From contig OX597836.1 in assembly GCA_951406725.2 (NCBI GenBank), forward strand, positions 35,154,001 through 35,218,000: a DNA stretch of 64,000 bases, read 5' to 3'. Made by a program: the position numbers and the translations under genes. The notes below the pieces were generated by a model. That model saw only the letters and a list, made by a program, of their open reading frames with translations. It had not been told where the DNA came from and made no database searches. This document shows, piece by piece, positions 26,439 through 43,869 of this stretch (position 1 is its first letter; every line of letters begins with the position of its first letter). Source of the DNA: Octopus vulgaris (lineage: Eukaryota).

Positions 26439-29400
26439 CATCGGCACGCTTGATGCCATCTTTGACAACGAACAAAGTAAAGATGGCAAGGATGGAAGTA
26501 CGGTTGCTGATGAAAGATGTCACCCCCACTTGGTAGACACCCACGACAACGCAGAAGATTCAAGTGAGACACCTTCCTCGGGAAGTAAACCCAAGTGCAC
26601 GTACCCCTACCAGCACCAAAATCCAAAGCCACGGAGATGAAAGAGCCAAAAAAGAAGTAAAAGGAGGAAAAACTAAAAGAAAAACAAAAGATGAAACACC
26701 CAAATAGGGTAAAATAAAACTCAAACAAAACCAAAAGATGAAACAGCCAAGGATAGAAGCAAACCTGACTATCCATATACCAAAAAGGATAGAAAGGGAC
26801 AGCGCCCGCGAATGTGTAAATTCTAACTGAACGGTGTCTGCTGGCATTGAGAGGAATGTGCAGGGTGCCGTTTTGCACACCAAAGACCCTATCACATAAA
26901 CATCAAACAGGGGAGAAGCCAACTACCGAAAGGAAAAGGTATAGACAACGCACCACCTGCCCCAAAACGGAGGTACGCAGATGTATTGCGTGCTACAAAC
27001 CACCAACATGTTATCGAAAGGGCAGCTGCTGAATAAGAATCTTTTTTGCGCATGGCACAAAAGATTGTACAGCAGCTAACCTGGCTCCATCAAACTCAAA
27101 CTCACAGATGGGACTATCCACAATACGCAAGACCGCCACAGCAAATAGACCCAAGGTAGACACCACCGGCAACAGCATACACATCACCTCGATGCTCCTA
27201 TTGAAGATCAGAGGACTGCTAACACTCAGTAACAGGACAAAAATCCCGTTCATGTGAGACCATGTTGCATGCAATCAAGCCTTACGCATAGCACTTACGG
27301 AAACACACCTGAAACTGGACAAAGCAGATGCGGAAATACACATACCACAGTATGTTGTATTACGGACCGACAGAAAAGAAAGGAGTCATGGGGGAGTTTC
27401 TATGTACATCCGCGAGGACCTCACACACCAGGTCCTTTTGTCATACTCAAATTCGGTGTGTGACACACTAATTGTACATATAAGGCAACTTGGTGTAGTT
27501 ATATGTGCTACATATGCCCCAAGCCAAATGCCCAAAGTCATGTAGGCAAGTTTGAAGACTGCCTTATAAAAATAGAAGTTCTAGTCACATTAGAACAACA
27601 CATAAGTGTACTTCTTATGGGAGACTTCAATCTGCCCAATGTCAAATGGCCCGAGGTTCTTTCTCTCCCAGGAACGACACGATGCGAACGAGGACAGGCG
27701 AGGTCCCTTCTGAACCTCATCAACACTCTGTACATGGAGCAAATAATACTCCAACCAACCAGGGCAGGTAACATACTGGATCTCTGCTTTACAAATAATA
27801 TGGATCTCATCCATAATGTGAAAGTGACACCGACACTACTCTCGGATCACAACATGGTAGAGCTGACCATGTACTGGCCAAAGGAAAGCATGGACATGCA
27901 ATCTATAAGATATTCTCAGAATCTTTCCAGCTTGAACTTCCATAAGGCAAACTGGAAACAAATTGAGAAAGAGATCCTCAAACAAAACTGGCCTGAATGT
28001 CTCTCCTCGCCAGACATCGACATGAAACTTCAACAATTCATGTCTGTAATGCAAGCCATATGCTACAAATGTGTCCAAGAGAGAAAGGCCACTATACACG
28101 AGAACAAAATCCCCAGAGAGAGGAAAATTCTAATGAGAGGGCGTACAAAAGTTTCAAATCGCCAAAACAAGCAAATTGAAAGCAGTGTAAGTGCCGCCTG
28201 AAAATAAAACTGTTGGAATTTGAAAAATGTCTGCAACTCTCCCATGAAAAGGAAAGAGCAGACAAAGAAGCCTGGGCTATAGACGACATAAAATCTAACC
28301 CCAGAACTTTCTACAGGTATGCCAAAGAAACAGCTACGGTGCACTGTAGGATAGGGCCACTCCTTGAAAAGGATGGCACACTCACAGGAAATCCAATGAG
28401 GATAAGTGAAATACTAAATGAGCAATTCAAGAATATTTTCACTCCACCCCTAGGGCATTTTCAAGTCAGCAATCCAACTGACTTCTTTACCATTGCAGAT
28501 ATAATATCAGAGGCAGCGATGATTGATTACATCAATATAAAGGAAGACGATGTAATAAAGGCTATAGATGAAATGAAAATAAACTCAGCTACTGGCCCCG
28601 ATGGATTCTCAGCAATCCTTCGAAAAGTATGTAAGAGAGTCCTAGCAAGACCACTGCAGTTCCTCTTTCAGAGCTTCCTTGCAACTGGCAAACTTCCAAG
28701 AAAACTGAAGGAAGGTAAAATATGCCCTATTCATAAAGGAGGTAGCAGAGCGGAGGCCAAGAACTACAGACCTAATTTTCTGACCTCACACATCAACAAG
28801 TTCATGGAACGAATAGTCAGAAGGAAACTAATCACCTTCCTTGAAGAAAATGACTTGCTGCCTGACACCCAACATGGTTTCCGACCAGGAAGAAGCTGCC
28901 TAACTCAGCTCCTACAACACTATGACTGGGTGCTGAAACGACTGCTCAACCACTCAAATGTGGAAGTCATATAACTCGACTCTGCAAAGGCCTTTGATAA
29001 AGTCGATCATGGAATGATATGTCACAAACTGCGTGATGTTGGCATTGTTGGAAAATTGGGAGAATGGCTTCATGACTTTCTGAAGGATAGAATCCAGGTG
29101 GTAGTAGCCATTAACACGCAAATAGTGAGCGGTGTTCCGCAAGGCACTGTTTTGGGACCACTACTGTTCATAATGGCCCCCTCAGACATGCCCTCAGCCA
29201 CGCAAAGAGCCACGATCACAAGTTATGCAGATGATGCAAAAGTTTCACAGGCAATATACAACCCTGAAGACACTAAGCATCTGCAATGTGAGCTGGACAA
29301 AATATACAAGTGGGCTGAAAAGAATAGCATGCAGTTTAATGCTGAAAAGTCTCAAGCTTTATACTATCAGCATGCAAAACTAAATGCAATACCCAATAAA

Positions 29401-30207
29401 TACACTGGACCTGGAGGGATTGCAATCCCAGAGGCACAATCAGTGCGAGACCTGGGTATTTACATGAGTGATGTTGCAATCTTTCACGTGCATGTTGCTA
29501 AATTGGCAATGAAATATAGGCGGCTGACCGGATGGATTCTTAGAACCTTTAGAACAAGACACCAGGAAACCATGATGGTCCTCTGCAGGACACTTGTCCT
29601 AAGCCACTTTGACTACTGCTCTCAGCTATGGTCACCATCCAGTGTCAATTAATCGCAGAACTTGAGGCGATCCAACGAAGCTACACGAAGAAGATAGCCT
29701 CTGTGCAGCATATAAGCTATTGGGAAAGACTCAAGAGATTAAGACTCTATTCCTTAGAGCGTAGGCGAGAAAGATATGCCATAATATACATCTGGAAGAT
29801 ACTAGAAGGACTTGTCCCAAACTTTGGCATCGAGAGTTACAAAAATGCTAGAACTGGGCGCCACTGCATAGTGCCAAGGACTCCAAATTTGTAGGACAAG
29901 ATACTGTGATAGCCTGGGCTTCTGAGGCCCACAGCTCTTCAATATCCTCCCAAAGAACCTGAGAGACCTGCATGGGGTGGATGCAGATGTCTTTAAAATA
30001 AAACTGGATCTCTTCCTGTTAGGTGTCCCAGATGAACCAACTTCACGGCAGGAGGTGCAGATGAGGGCAGCTGCATCGAACTCTCTCATGCACCAAATGG
30101 CAATTGCTAAAAAGCATTCGTGAAGTAAAATCATGTAGCAACACCAAATGGCTTTGCCCCAGCATGGCCATAGCTTGTGAGCTGAAACTAGATTAAAAAA
30201 ATAAAAA
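26439..30207 (+). mobile_element. CR1/L2 group LINE, decayed paralog retaining YADD
   Basis: ORF fragments at 27503-28201, 28213-28974, 29014-29652 and 29628-29894. Same 5' start and near-identical flanks as 15086-18855, so it was duplicated rather than independently inserted. Confidence 0.92.
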
Positions 30208-30910
30208 TATATATACATATATAAACATATATATATATATATCAGATACGCGCTCACACACATATACACACACACGCACTCACATACACATACGCATTCA
30301 CACACACACACATCTCGGCTTCTTTCTTTCTCTTTTTATTTTTCAAAGAAGGGAAGTTTGAGCTGGCATATGGGTGGGGGAGAGGTTTCTAGGGCTGCTA
30401 TTTTTTGCTTTCTTTCTTTCTTTTTTCTTTCTTTCTTTCTTACTTTCTTCTTCCTTCGTTTCTTTATTTCCTTTTTCAAAGAAGGTAAGGGTGAGAAGAT
30501 AGAGAAACGGAGAGAGAGAAAGAGAAATATATCCAAAGACATAGAGCTGTAAGTGACCTTCTATGTACCCAAAATCCCGGTCTTCCAAGAAGTCAAATGA
30601 TATCTTTAGAAATTTGTAAAGGTGTCTACTGCAGTGTGAGGAGGTCGATGTGAGTCACGGGTGCCTACTGACCTCCCCTACCCCCTCAACTGCTTACAGT
30701 ACCACCGAAGTAATGTTTGAATGTTTGAAAATATTAAAACAGCCGGTGGAGGCCAATGCTGACCCGCGGCCTAGATATGCTGCAGCCCTCAGCCTCATAC
30801 CTACAAATACATGTTCAATACTTATTACATAAAGTATTTTAACTGGAATTAATACTATGTGTGGTCAGAATTGATATCTAACTGGTCATGTCTCCCTAAT
30901 TTGTTATATA

Positions 30911-31303
30911 TCTATATATATAAAACTGTAGTTGTGTGAGTGTCTGTCCCCTTCGATTTAGATTCCTAACTACTCCCATATTTTGCGGTGCAGTTTAACC
31001 AAAACCGGGTATCTTATAGTCGTGATTCATATCGAGCCCGTCTCGGTACTAGCGCGCGTCTACGATGAGTCTACGATTTTAAAAATAATTTACCATCATT
31101 TTTTTCCATTTTCATGCATATTTTTTTAAAGGGAAGTAACTCTCTAAAAATGTCTACGATGAGTCAACGATTTAAAAAAAATTTAGCATCATATTTTTTC
31201 CATTTTTAATGCATTTTTTTGCTATTTTTTGGCTATAACTCTCTAAAAATGCTGTATAGTTATTTCCCTTACAAACCCGAGCAACGCCGAACGATTCTGC
31301 TAG
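30911..31303 (+). mobile_element. Non-autonomous Helitron-like element
   Basis: 5' A|TCTATATATATAAAA; 3' decayed hairpin CCCGAGCAACGCCGAA followed by CTAG|T; internal tandem duplication (gtctacgatgagtc...). Confidence 0.75.
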
Positions 31304-31329
31304 TATATATATATATATATATATATATT

Positions 31330-32429
31330 CAGATATCATCATCAGAAGATAAGTAAAATTCATTAAAATGACAGATGTATCGGACTTTCAAAGAGGTCAA
31401 ATTGTTGGTGCTCGTATGGCAGGCGCTAGCGTAACGAAAACAGCCGAAATGTTTGGTGTATCAAGAACTACTCTCTCGAAAGTAATGATAGCCTTTGAGA
31501 AACGGAAAAACCTCCTCCTCGAAACAAAACTCCAGAAGAAAATCAAAACTTCCAGATAAGGACCGTCGAACTCTTACGCGCATTGTTAGAAGGGATACAA
31601 AAGTACAGCTCCCAAAATTATCACAGAGCTTAATGACCACCCCGAGAACCCAGTTTTCACTAAAAGTGTTCGCCGGGAGCTGCACAAAGCCAAATTTCAC
31701 GGTCGGGTTGCAATCAGAAAACCACTATCTTCAAAAAACAAACGTTGCAAAGCGTTTAGAGTGGAGTAAACACCTACAGAATTGCTCCTTAGAGCAGAGG
31801 AAGAATGTTATTTTCTCGGACGAGTCATCGTTTACCTTATTTCCGACCACCGGCCGAGTATACGTGTGGAGACAGCCACAAGAAGCATTTGACTCAGACT
31901 GCCTTCTTCCAACTGTTAAACATGGAGGCGGATCTATATCTTGGAAATCCGCCGGCCCAATGTTTTCCCGTCATGGCAGAATTAATAGTCTAGACTACTT
32001 AAGCATTTTATCTGATTAAATTCATCTTATGGTTGCGGAACTGTTTCCGGAGAGAAACGCAATCTTTTAGGATGATAATGCACCAATTCACACAGCTAAA
32101 GTTGTTACTAAATTGCACGAGGAACATTCTAGTGGAGTTGAACATCTCATCTGGCCACCACAGTTCCCAGATCTCAATATTATTGAACATTTATGGTGCC
32201 TTTTAGGAAAACAAATAAGGAGTCGATATCCTCCACCATCGTCACTACAAGAACTGAAGACAGTTTTAGCTAAAATATGAAGAAAAATTACTTTGGAAAC
32301 AATTCAAACTTTGTACGAGTCCATACCTCGAAGAATTCAAGCTATAATTACTGCCAAAGGCGTTCCCACCCCATATTAGAATAAAATCGTTTGAAATTTT
32401 AAGGTCTTTCCATTATTATGTCGAACCTG
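31330..32429 (+). mobile_element. Tc1-like (DD34E) transposon remnant with pseudogenised transposase
   Basis: N-terminal HTH MTDVSDFQRGQIVGARMAGASVTKTAEMFGVSR; catalytic motifs FSDES, DDNAPIH, WPPQFPDLNIIEHLW; right TIR-like end ...TTTCCATTATTATGTCGAACCTG; left TIR not seen. Confidence 0.88.
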
Positions 32430-32499
32430 TGTATGTACGTATATACATACATACATACATATATATATATGAGAGCGATACAAACACACATATATATAT

Positions 32500-32549
<50 letters not shown>

Positions 32550-32571
32550 AGAGAGCGAGATAGTGAGTGAG

Positions 32572-32878
32572 AGAGAGTATATCCAACAGCTATTTGTTAT
32601 TATATATACTTGAAGGTAAGCGCTAAAGGACTGAAGCAGTTTTCGGCCGTGGGTCAATGTGGGCCTCCACCGTCAGGTTTCATAGTTTGGAACTTTCAAA
32701 TATACCTGCGGTGATGGTCCAGTGTGTTTAAGCATAAATGTAGGCAGGGAGTTGAGGGGATGGGATCAGTCAGCCGCATCTCCTTTCCACCTCCCTACTC
32801 ATCTTGAAAGCTCTTTAGAAATTTGAAAAGTTTAATGTGTCTCTTTGTAAGTCCGAGGTGCAGGGGACACACATTCTT
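32572..32878 (-). repeat. GC-richer element of about 300 bp, inverted relative to homologs at 20170-20475, 30555-30830, 35300-35615 and 43990-44305
   Basis: Shared core GGTGGAGGCCMAYRBTGACCCRCGGCC and flanking AAATTTSTAAAG; homology extends to GGATATAYTCTCTC. Confidence 0.7.
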
Positions 32879-32889
32879 TATATCTATAA

Positions 32890-33065
32890 ATAGTTAAGTG
32901 TCTAGCAACAAGTTGCTTCACCACAAACTGAAAATTTAGGAATAGCAGACAAAGACAGCAAAACCGTTTTACTAGAGACATAGTGAAAGGAATTACCTGT
33001 CCTCAGCTGCTAATTCTAAATTTTCGGTGTGTGGTGAAGCAACTTTTTGCTAAACCCTTAATTAT
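32890..33065. repeat. Long palindrome, family H
   Basis: Same arms and loop; followed by a tandem duplication of about 165 bp of the flank (33050-33380). Confidence 0.8.
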
Positions 33066-33805
33066 ATTTATAATTATATATATGAAAAAAATTTTTGTGC
33101 AAGTTTTTAACGAAAATGTTTCTCTTTCCATACCGAAATTACTTGGTAACATTTATTAATTATTAAATTAATTATTCTTTACCCTAAATGGGCAAATAAT
33201 TATGGGACGTAGTCTAAGGGTTGTTAAACCTTTAATTATATTTATAATTATATATATAAAAAAAATTTTGTGCAAGTTTTTACCGATAATGTTTCTCTTT
33301 CCATACCGAAATTACTTGGTAACATTTATTAATTATTAAATTAATAATTCTTTACCCTAAAAAGGCAAATAATTATGGGATGTAGTTTATTTGTAGTACT
33401 ACAAAATTTCAAGAAACACACACACACACACATCTTATTAGCTTCTTCCTTTCGTTTCCTTTTTAAAGTAGGTATAGTTGTAGGATAGGTCGCATTTTGG
33501 GGCTGCTATTCATTGCTCATCTCCCACCATCACCCTCAAATATACACACGTCTTATAGCTTCTGTCTTTCTTTCCTTTTTTCATTTAAGGTAATGGTGAG
33601 ACTGAGACGGTAAAGGTAGGTATTTTGGGCTGCTATTTTCTGCTTATCTTCCACCACCATCTTAAACACACACACATTTCAATAGCTTCTTTTCTTTCTT
33701 TCTTTATTTAATTTTTTAAAGAAGGTGGGGTTGAGCTAGTATAGGTGCGGCGTACGTAGTTGTTTGTAGCTAGTATTGGCTGCTTAACTCCCAGCCCCCA
33801 TCACA

Positions 33806-33862
<57 letters not shown>

Positions 33863-34196
33863 CTTTCACACACACATCCCTATAAGTCCTTACGTAGACA
33901 CATGTCAGGTACAAATATTTCATGGGAGCTATTGGGGACATTTTGGTAGAACTACGTCGTAAGCTTTGGACGCAACATTCCATGCGTGACCTCTTCTGTG
34001 AGCCATACGATGGGCTTTTACCTTTATCCATAGTACATTTAAAGGTATATGTATTGTATCTGTCTTGAAGAATAGTATCTTTAGGGGTAAATATAATATA
34101 TATTAGTTTTGATGAATCGTTTATAATTGTTGGTATAAGACTTCAGCATTAGTATAAGTAATAAAAGGTAATACATTATATGCGTGCGCATAAACA

Positions 34197-34284
<88 letters not shown>

Positions 34285-34419
34285 ATGTCAGAAAAAATTT
34301 AGATTCAAATGAATATGGTACTTAACTTAGATGCACCAGAATTTTGGATGGTGTTAATCCATAAATATCCGTGGGGTGATTATAATCAAAATAAGCAACA
34401 AGAATGACTCCGGTCATGG

Positions 34420-34493
<74 letters not shown>

Positions 34494-34607
34494 ACACTTC
34501 AATATATATTTATATAGGTGTCGAAAGAAAGATGATATTGATATTATACACTCTATTTACTTATATATAGTTATATATATGGTATCTGTAGTTATATGAA
34601 GCTATGC

Positions 34608-34759
<152 letters not shown>

Positions 34760-34768
34760 CACATATAC

Positions 34769-34819
<51 letters not shown>

Positions 34820-34837
34820 TATATATAAATATAGATA

Positions 34838-35015
34838 TATAATTAAGAAAGTAGCAACAAGTTACTTCACCACAAATTCGAAAATTTAGAAATAACAGCC
34901 AAAGACAGCTAATTCGTTTTACTAGAGACAAAGTGAAAGGAATTAACTGTCTTTCGCTGCTATTTCTAAATTTTCGGTATGTAATGAAGCAACTTGTTGC
35001 TAAACCCTTAATTAT
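34838..35015. repeat. Long palindrome, family H
   Basis: Same arms and loop as the other copies. Confidence 0.85.
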
Positions 35016-35143
35016 ATATATAATTATATATAGAAAAAAATATTTTTAAACAAGTTTTTACGATAATGGTTCTTTTTACCTTACCGAAATTACCTGGTAA
35101 AATTTATTAATTATGAAATTACTAACTCTTTACCCTACATCTG

Positions 35144-35177
<34 letters not shown>

Positions 35178-35696
35178 ATTGTGTGTCCGTGAACGATATG
35201 TGTGCCGGGTATATATCTATATGACAGTGAATGGGAGAGGGTAAAATATAGAAAGAGAAATGCAGAGAGAGAAAGACATCCAAAGACGACATGGAACCTT
35301 AGGGACCTTTTATGTACCCCAAATCCCGTTCTTAGTAGAAGTTAAATGAAATCTTTTGAAATTTCTAAAGGTTGCCGCTGCTGTGTGGGGAGGGGTGAAC
35401 GGTGTGAGGGTTGACTGCTGACCTCTCCCCCCACTTCCCACCGCCCGCTCACTTTGTAAAACTCACATAATCACTACCAGAGGTATGTTGAACAGTTTGA
35501 AACTATAAAAACGGGTGGTGGAGGCCCATGGTGACCCGCGGCCTAGAAATGCTTAAACCCTCAATCGCACACTTTCAATATATATTAACTACATATTCCG
35601 CGAAGGACATATTCTCTCCCCCATTCTCACTTACTCTCTCTCTCTTTCCATATATGTATTCTTTTATTCCTTTACCTATCTACCTGTCTATGTATG

Positions 35697-35765
<69 letters not shown>

Positions 35766-36414
35766 GTCTGTCTTTCTCTCTATCTGTCTGCCTGCCTGCC
35801 TGCGTATCTGCCTCCCTGTCTATGTATCTCTCTGTCTCTATCTATCTATCTTTCTATCTAGGTACATATCTATGTGTCTATCTTCATTTCCACCTGTCTA
35901 TCCATACCTGGGGCTATACCGAGGCGAAAACACACGCACTCATGTACACACACACACACATTTATTCATATATGTACCTGTATGTACGGGTGTGTGTGTG
36001 TGTACATGTATGTGAGTTTTCCCCATAATGTATATGCCTATGTGTCTGTGAGTACACGTTTATCTATTAGATGTAGATTTACGTACATATTTACACACAT
36101 TAATTTTGAGCTTTCAACATTTAGCCAATATAATAGTATCTACACACAGATGTACCTTCATATAGACACTATTATTCATGTCCATGTACTCGCATATCGA
36201 TTTCTAAAAAGATCTCTTCTCAATTTTGAAATTCAAGAAAAAAAAGAAAAAGAAGAAAAGAAAAAAACAGACGCCAAAGCTTCTTTAGTTTAAGTTTATT
36301 ATTGATTGCGTTACACGAAATATATGAAATTAGAGTCTCTGAGATGTGGTCTGCAAAAGACGCCACGAAATTATGCATGTTGGAAGAATCTTTCCTCTTA
36401 CGATCATTCGGAAA

Positions 36415-37468
36415 TTATAAACCGACGGTCATCTGAAAGAGAAAATGGAATTATTGATAAAATATATATGAAAGTATCAGAGTGGAATGTACTAATGCCC
36501 AAATGAATCCCTATGGCTGGATATCACAAAAATTCATATTTTATAATTGAGACTTATCCCTAATGAATGGAGTGTAGAAACGATCTTTTCAGTAATTTGA
36601 ATATATTAATAAGAATTGAGAAATAAATATAAAGTAATGGGAAAAGGAGCGAAATCTCTTATAAATCAGTCCATATTGACTTAAGAAATAATTTCAGATT
36701 GGATAATTAAAGCTTCACAGAAGAAAACAGAGTGGAAAGCGTTAGAATGTCAACGTTTTTCAGCATTTTAACTTCGATTTGTCTGAGCTAAGACTCAAAA
36801 TCTGCAGCTAAATATTTACAAGGTAAATTAGGTGAAAACATACCAGAAAGTACTGCCAATGGGCTTCGTGGACTTTTTGCTGCATTGTTTTACTCGGAGT
36901 AGCATCTGTTGCATTACATACTTTAACGTGGTCCCTTGATTTTTGACGCGACGGAAACGTCTTGTCACATCGTCCACATTCGAATGGTTCATCTATAAAA
37001 TGCTTCAAAACATGGTCCTGAAATGTAACGATATTAATTGTTCGTTTCAATGTATTGATATGTTATACATGAACAGAAATCAATGAATTTGGAAATATTA
37101 AATACATTCATAAAGTATAAAGTAAAATATAATAATAATATGAATATACATACATTGAAATGACCACGGTGTCTGAAATGTTTATCACAATGTTTACAGG
37201 TAAACCGAAATTTCTCTTCATGAACAAGCTTGTGGTAGTTTAATGAAGTATTTCGAGTGAATCTCTTCTTACATATGTCGCACTGGTACGGCTTGACGCC
37301 TGTAAAAAGGAAGTAATAATTATCATTATTTGAACATGATTAAAATACTTTGAGCATCAACTGAAATAAAATGTATAAATGCAATGACTTACCGTAATGA
37401 CTCCTCATGTGAGTTGTTAATGAAGATTTCGAAGTAAATGTCTTGGAACATAATGAACATGTGCACAT
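36415..37468 (-). CDS. Zinc-finger gene copy 3: exons 37468-37393, 37299-37154, 37017-36844, 36432-36415; intact, 137 aa
   Basis: Same structure as copy 1. CKLC>CKHC in finger 3, H>D in finger 4, E>Q, and a synonymous GTT>GTC in exon 4. Confidence 0.85.
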
Positions 37469-38396
37469 CGTGCTTATATTGTATAAGTTGGGATTAATAA
37501 ATGGAAAAATTGATGTAGTTTATATGTGTGTGTGTGGTTTGTATAATCTTGTATATCTAATTAGAAATATTTAAAGAAATATAAGTGTGTGTATAATGTA
37601 AATCGATGTAGATGTGAAAGGCAAGAGAGGGAGAGAAGCTGGTCACCTTCCTGTCATATACTAAGGTATGAATAGGTAAATAATTAAGGGATGCAGCCTA
37701 TTTGTATTACTACAAAATTTCAAGACACACACACACACATACACATCTTATTAGCCTCTTTCTTTCTTTCTTTCTTTTTAAAGTAGATAAAGGTGAGATG
37801 GTGTAAGTGAAGGATAGGTCGCATTTGGGGGCTGCTATTCACTGCTTAACTCCCACCCCTCAAAAACACACACGTCTTTTAGCTTTTGTCTTTCTTTCCT
37901 TTTTTAAAGAAGGTAATGACGTGGCGGGAAAGGTGTCGGATAGGTAGGTGATTTGGGCTGCTATTTTCTGCTTACCTCCCATCAACCATCACAAACACAC
38001 ACACATTTCAATAGCTTTATCATTTCTGTCTTTCTTTCTTTATTTAAATATTTTAAAAAAGGTAAGTTTTAGCTGGTATAGGTGTGGGGTAGTTAGTTGT
38101 TTGTGGCTAGTATTGGCTGCTTAACTCCCAGCCCCAATCACTCTCTCTCTTTCTCTCTCTCTTTACTCCTTTCACTAACACACACATAGTATAAGGAATA
38201 AAAGTTATGCGTGTGCATACACATATATATGTGTGTGTGTTTTTGAGTATTTGTAAGGTAGATAGAGAGATGATATTGATTTATATACCTTTATATATTC
38301 ATAATTATATATATTTACATACTCATCTGTAATTATAAGATGTTATACATACATACATACATACAAACATACATACATACATACATATATACATAC

Positions 38397-38440
<44 letters not shown>

Positions 38441-38664
38441 TGGGAGTTTACGAAAAAACATAAGACGAAAACAGGTGGTATAGAAAACAGACAAATGTAT
38501 TAGTATAACGCTCAGTAATAGAAAAAGTCTTTTACGTCGTTTCGATCCTACGCCCTTCTACAGAAAGGGACACAGAAAAAGCAAGCAGAAAAACAAGAAG
38601 AGAAAAAATGTGTGTTGTGGCTAACAATACATATATACACACGTACGTTTATTTATGTAGATAC

Positions 38665-38717
<53 letters not shown>

Positions 38718-38819
38718 TAGACGTTCGTTTATTTATGTATATATATTTAGGTATATATATGTGTGTATATCTATATATATATATGTATACAGATATAAGC
38801 ATATACATACATACGTGTA

Positions 38820-38867
<48 letters not shown>

Positions 38868-38905
38868 TACATATGTCTACACACACACAAATATATATAT
38901 ATATA

Positions 38906-40080
<1,175 letters not shown>

Positions 40081-40880
40081 TATTTATAATTATAGATATA
40101 AAAAAACATTTTTGTGCAAGTTTTTACCGATAATGGTTCTATTTCCACATCGAAACTACTTGGAAAAATTCATTAATTATTAAATTAATAATTCTTTACC
40201 CTAATTGGGTAAATAATTATGGGATGTAGTTTATTTGTAGTACTACAATATTTAAAGAAACACACACACACATACACACGCACACACACACACATCTTAT
40301 TAGATTCTTCCTTTCGTTTTCTTTTTGAAGTAGGTATATGTGTAGGATAGGTCGCATTTTGGGGCTGCTATTTACTGCTTAACTCCCACCATCTCCCTCA
40401 AATACACACACGTCTTTTAGCTTCTGTCTTTCTTTCCTTTGTTATTTAAGGTAATGGTGAGACGGTAAAGGTATGTATTTTGGGCTGCTATTTTCTGCTT
40501 ATCTCCCATCCACTATCACAAACACACACACATTTCAATAGCATCTTCTTTTCTTGCTGTCTTTCTTTATTTAATTTTTTAAAGAATGTGGGGTTGAGCT
40601 AGTATTGGCTGCTTAACTCCCTGCCCCCATCACTCTCTCTCTCTCTCTCTTTACTTCTTTCTCTCACACACACATCCCTATAAGCCCTTACGTATACACA
40701 TGTCAGGTACAAATAATTCATGGGAGCTATTGGGGACATTTTGGTAGAACTGCGTCGTAATATTTGGACGCTACAATCCATGCGTGACCTCCTTTGTGAG
40801 CGATACGATGGGCTTTTACCTTTAACCATAATACATTTAAAGGTATATGTATTATATCTGTCTTGAAGAATAGTATAAGT

Positions 40881-41792
<912 letters not shown>

Positions 41793-41907
41793 GTTTAAAT
41801 ATTTGTTGTGCAAGATTTTTTATGTGAAGTCGTGTGTTGAAACAGATATTGTTATATTTCGGAATGGTCATATTGGCTAAACTGGCAATATGACCATTCC
41901 GAAATAT

Positions 41908-41964
<57 letters not shown>

Positions 41965-42018
41965 CAAGTGTCTTGCAACAAGTGGCTTCACCAATAACTG
42001 AAAATTTAGAAATAGCAG

Positions 42019-42461
42019 ACCTATCCTACGCATATACCTACTTTAAAAAGAAAACGAAAGGAAGAATCTAATAAGATGTGTGTGTGTGTGTGCGTGTGTA
42101 TGTGTGTGTGTGTTTCTTGAAATTTTGTAGTACTACAAATAAACTACATCCCATAATTATTTACCCAATTAGGGCAAGGAATTATTAATTTAATAATTAA
42201 TAAATTTTTCCAAGTAGTTTCGATGTGGAAATAGAACCATTATCGGTAAAAACTTGCACAAAAATGTTTTTTTATATCTATAATTATAAATATAATTAAG
42301 GGTTTAGCAACATGTTGCTTCACCACATACCGAAAATTAAAATTAGCAGCAGAAGTCAGCTAATTCCTTTCACTATGTATCTAGTAAAACGATTTTGCCG
42401 TCTTTGGCTGCTATTTCTAAATTTTCAGTTATTGGTGAAGCCACTTGTTGCAAGACACTTG

Positions 42462-42465
<4 letters not shown>
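42019..42465 (-). repeat. Inverted copy of about 39905-40352, including a family H palindrome
   Basis: Reverse-complement match; preceded by an isolated half arm at 41960-42018. Confidence 0.85.
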
Positions 42466-42538
<73 letters not shown>

Positions 42539-42863
42539 GTCAGGTACAAATAATTCATGGGAGCTATTGGGGACATTTTGGTAGAACTGCGTCGAAATAT
42601 TTGGACGCTACAATCCATGCGTGACCTCCTTTGTCAGCCATACGATGGGCTTTTACCTTTAACCATAATACATTTAAAGGTATATGTATTATATCTGTCT
42701 TGAAGAATAGTATCTTTAGGTGTAAATATACTATATATTAGTTTTGATGAATCGTTTATAATTGTTGGTATAAGATTCCAGTATTAGTATAAGTAATAAA
42801 AGGTAATACATTATATGCGTGCGCATACACACGTATATATATATACACACACACACACACACA

Positions 42864-42955
<92 letters not shown>

Positions 42956-43082
42956 GAGAAAAAATTTAGATTCAAATGAATATGGTACTTAATTTAGATG
43001 CATCAGAATTTTGTATGGTGTTATCCATAAAAATCCGTGGGGTGATTATAATCAAAATAAGCAACAAGTATGACTCCGGTCA

Positions 43083-43155
<73 letters not shown>

Positions 43156-43248
43156 TTGTGTGTTTGTAAGGCGAAGGAAGATGATGTTGACTTATACACC
43201 TAAGTATATACTTATATAGGTGTCTGTAGTTATATGAAGCTATACATA

Positions 43249-43330
<82 letters not shown>

Positions 43331-43429
43331 TACACGTATGTTTATCTATGTATATAGGTATAAATATATATATATATGTGTATATCAATATATATATAGA
43401 TGTATACAGATATAAGCATATACACAGAC

Positions 43430-43471
<42 letters not shown>

Positions 43472-43486
43472 ATATATATATAGATA

Positions 43487-43690
43487 TATAATTGTAAATT
43501 TAATTAAGAAAATAGCAACAAGTTACTTCACCACATATTCGAAAATTTAGAAACAGCAGCCAAAGACAGCTAATTCGTTTCACTAGAGACATAGTGAAAG
43601 GAATTAACTGTCTTTCGCTGCTATTTCTAAATTTTCGGTATGTAATGAAGCAACTTGTTGCTAAACCCTTAATTATATTAATAATTATAT
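43487..43690. repeat. Long palindrome, family H (further copies at about 48780-48955, 50165-50370, 58254-58465)
   Basis: Same arms and loop as the other copies. Confidence 0.85.
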
Positions 43691-43802
43691 ATAAAAAAAT
43701 ATATTTTTATACGAGTTTTTACCGACAATGTTTCTTTTTCCATACCGAAATTACTGGGAAAAATTTATTAATTATGAAATTACTAATTCTTTACCCTACA
43801 TG

Positions 43803-43869
<67 letters not shown>

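Noticed and set aside
26439-30207. Active LINE, or three independent LINE insertions
   Set aside because: ORF2 is broken by several stops and frameshifts. All three copies share the same 5' start and flanks, so they derive from one insertion that was later duplicated.
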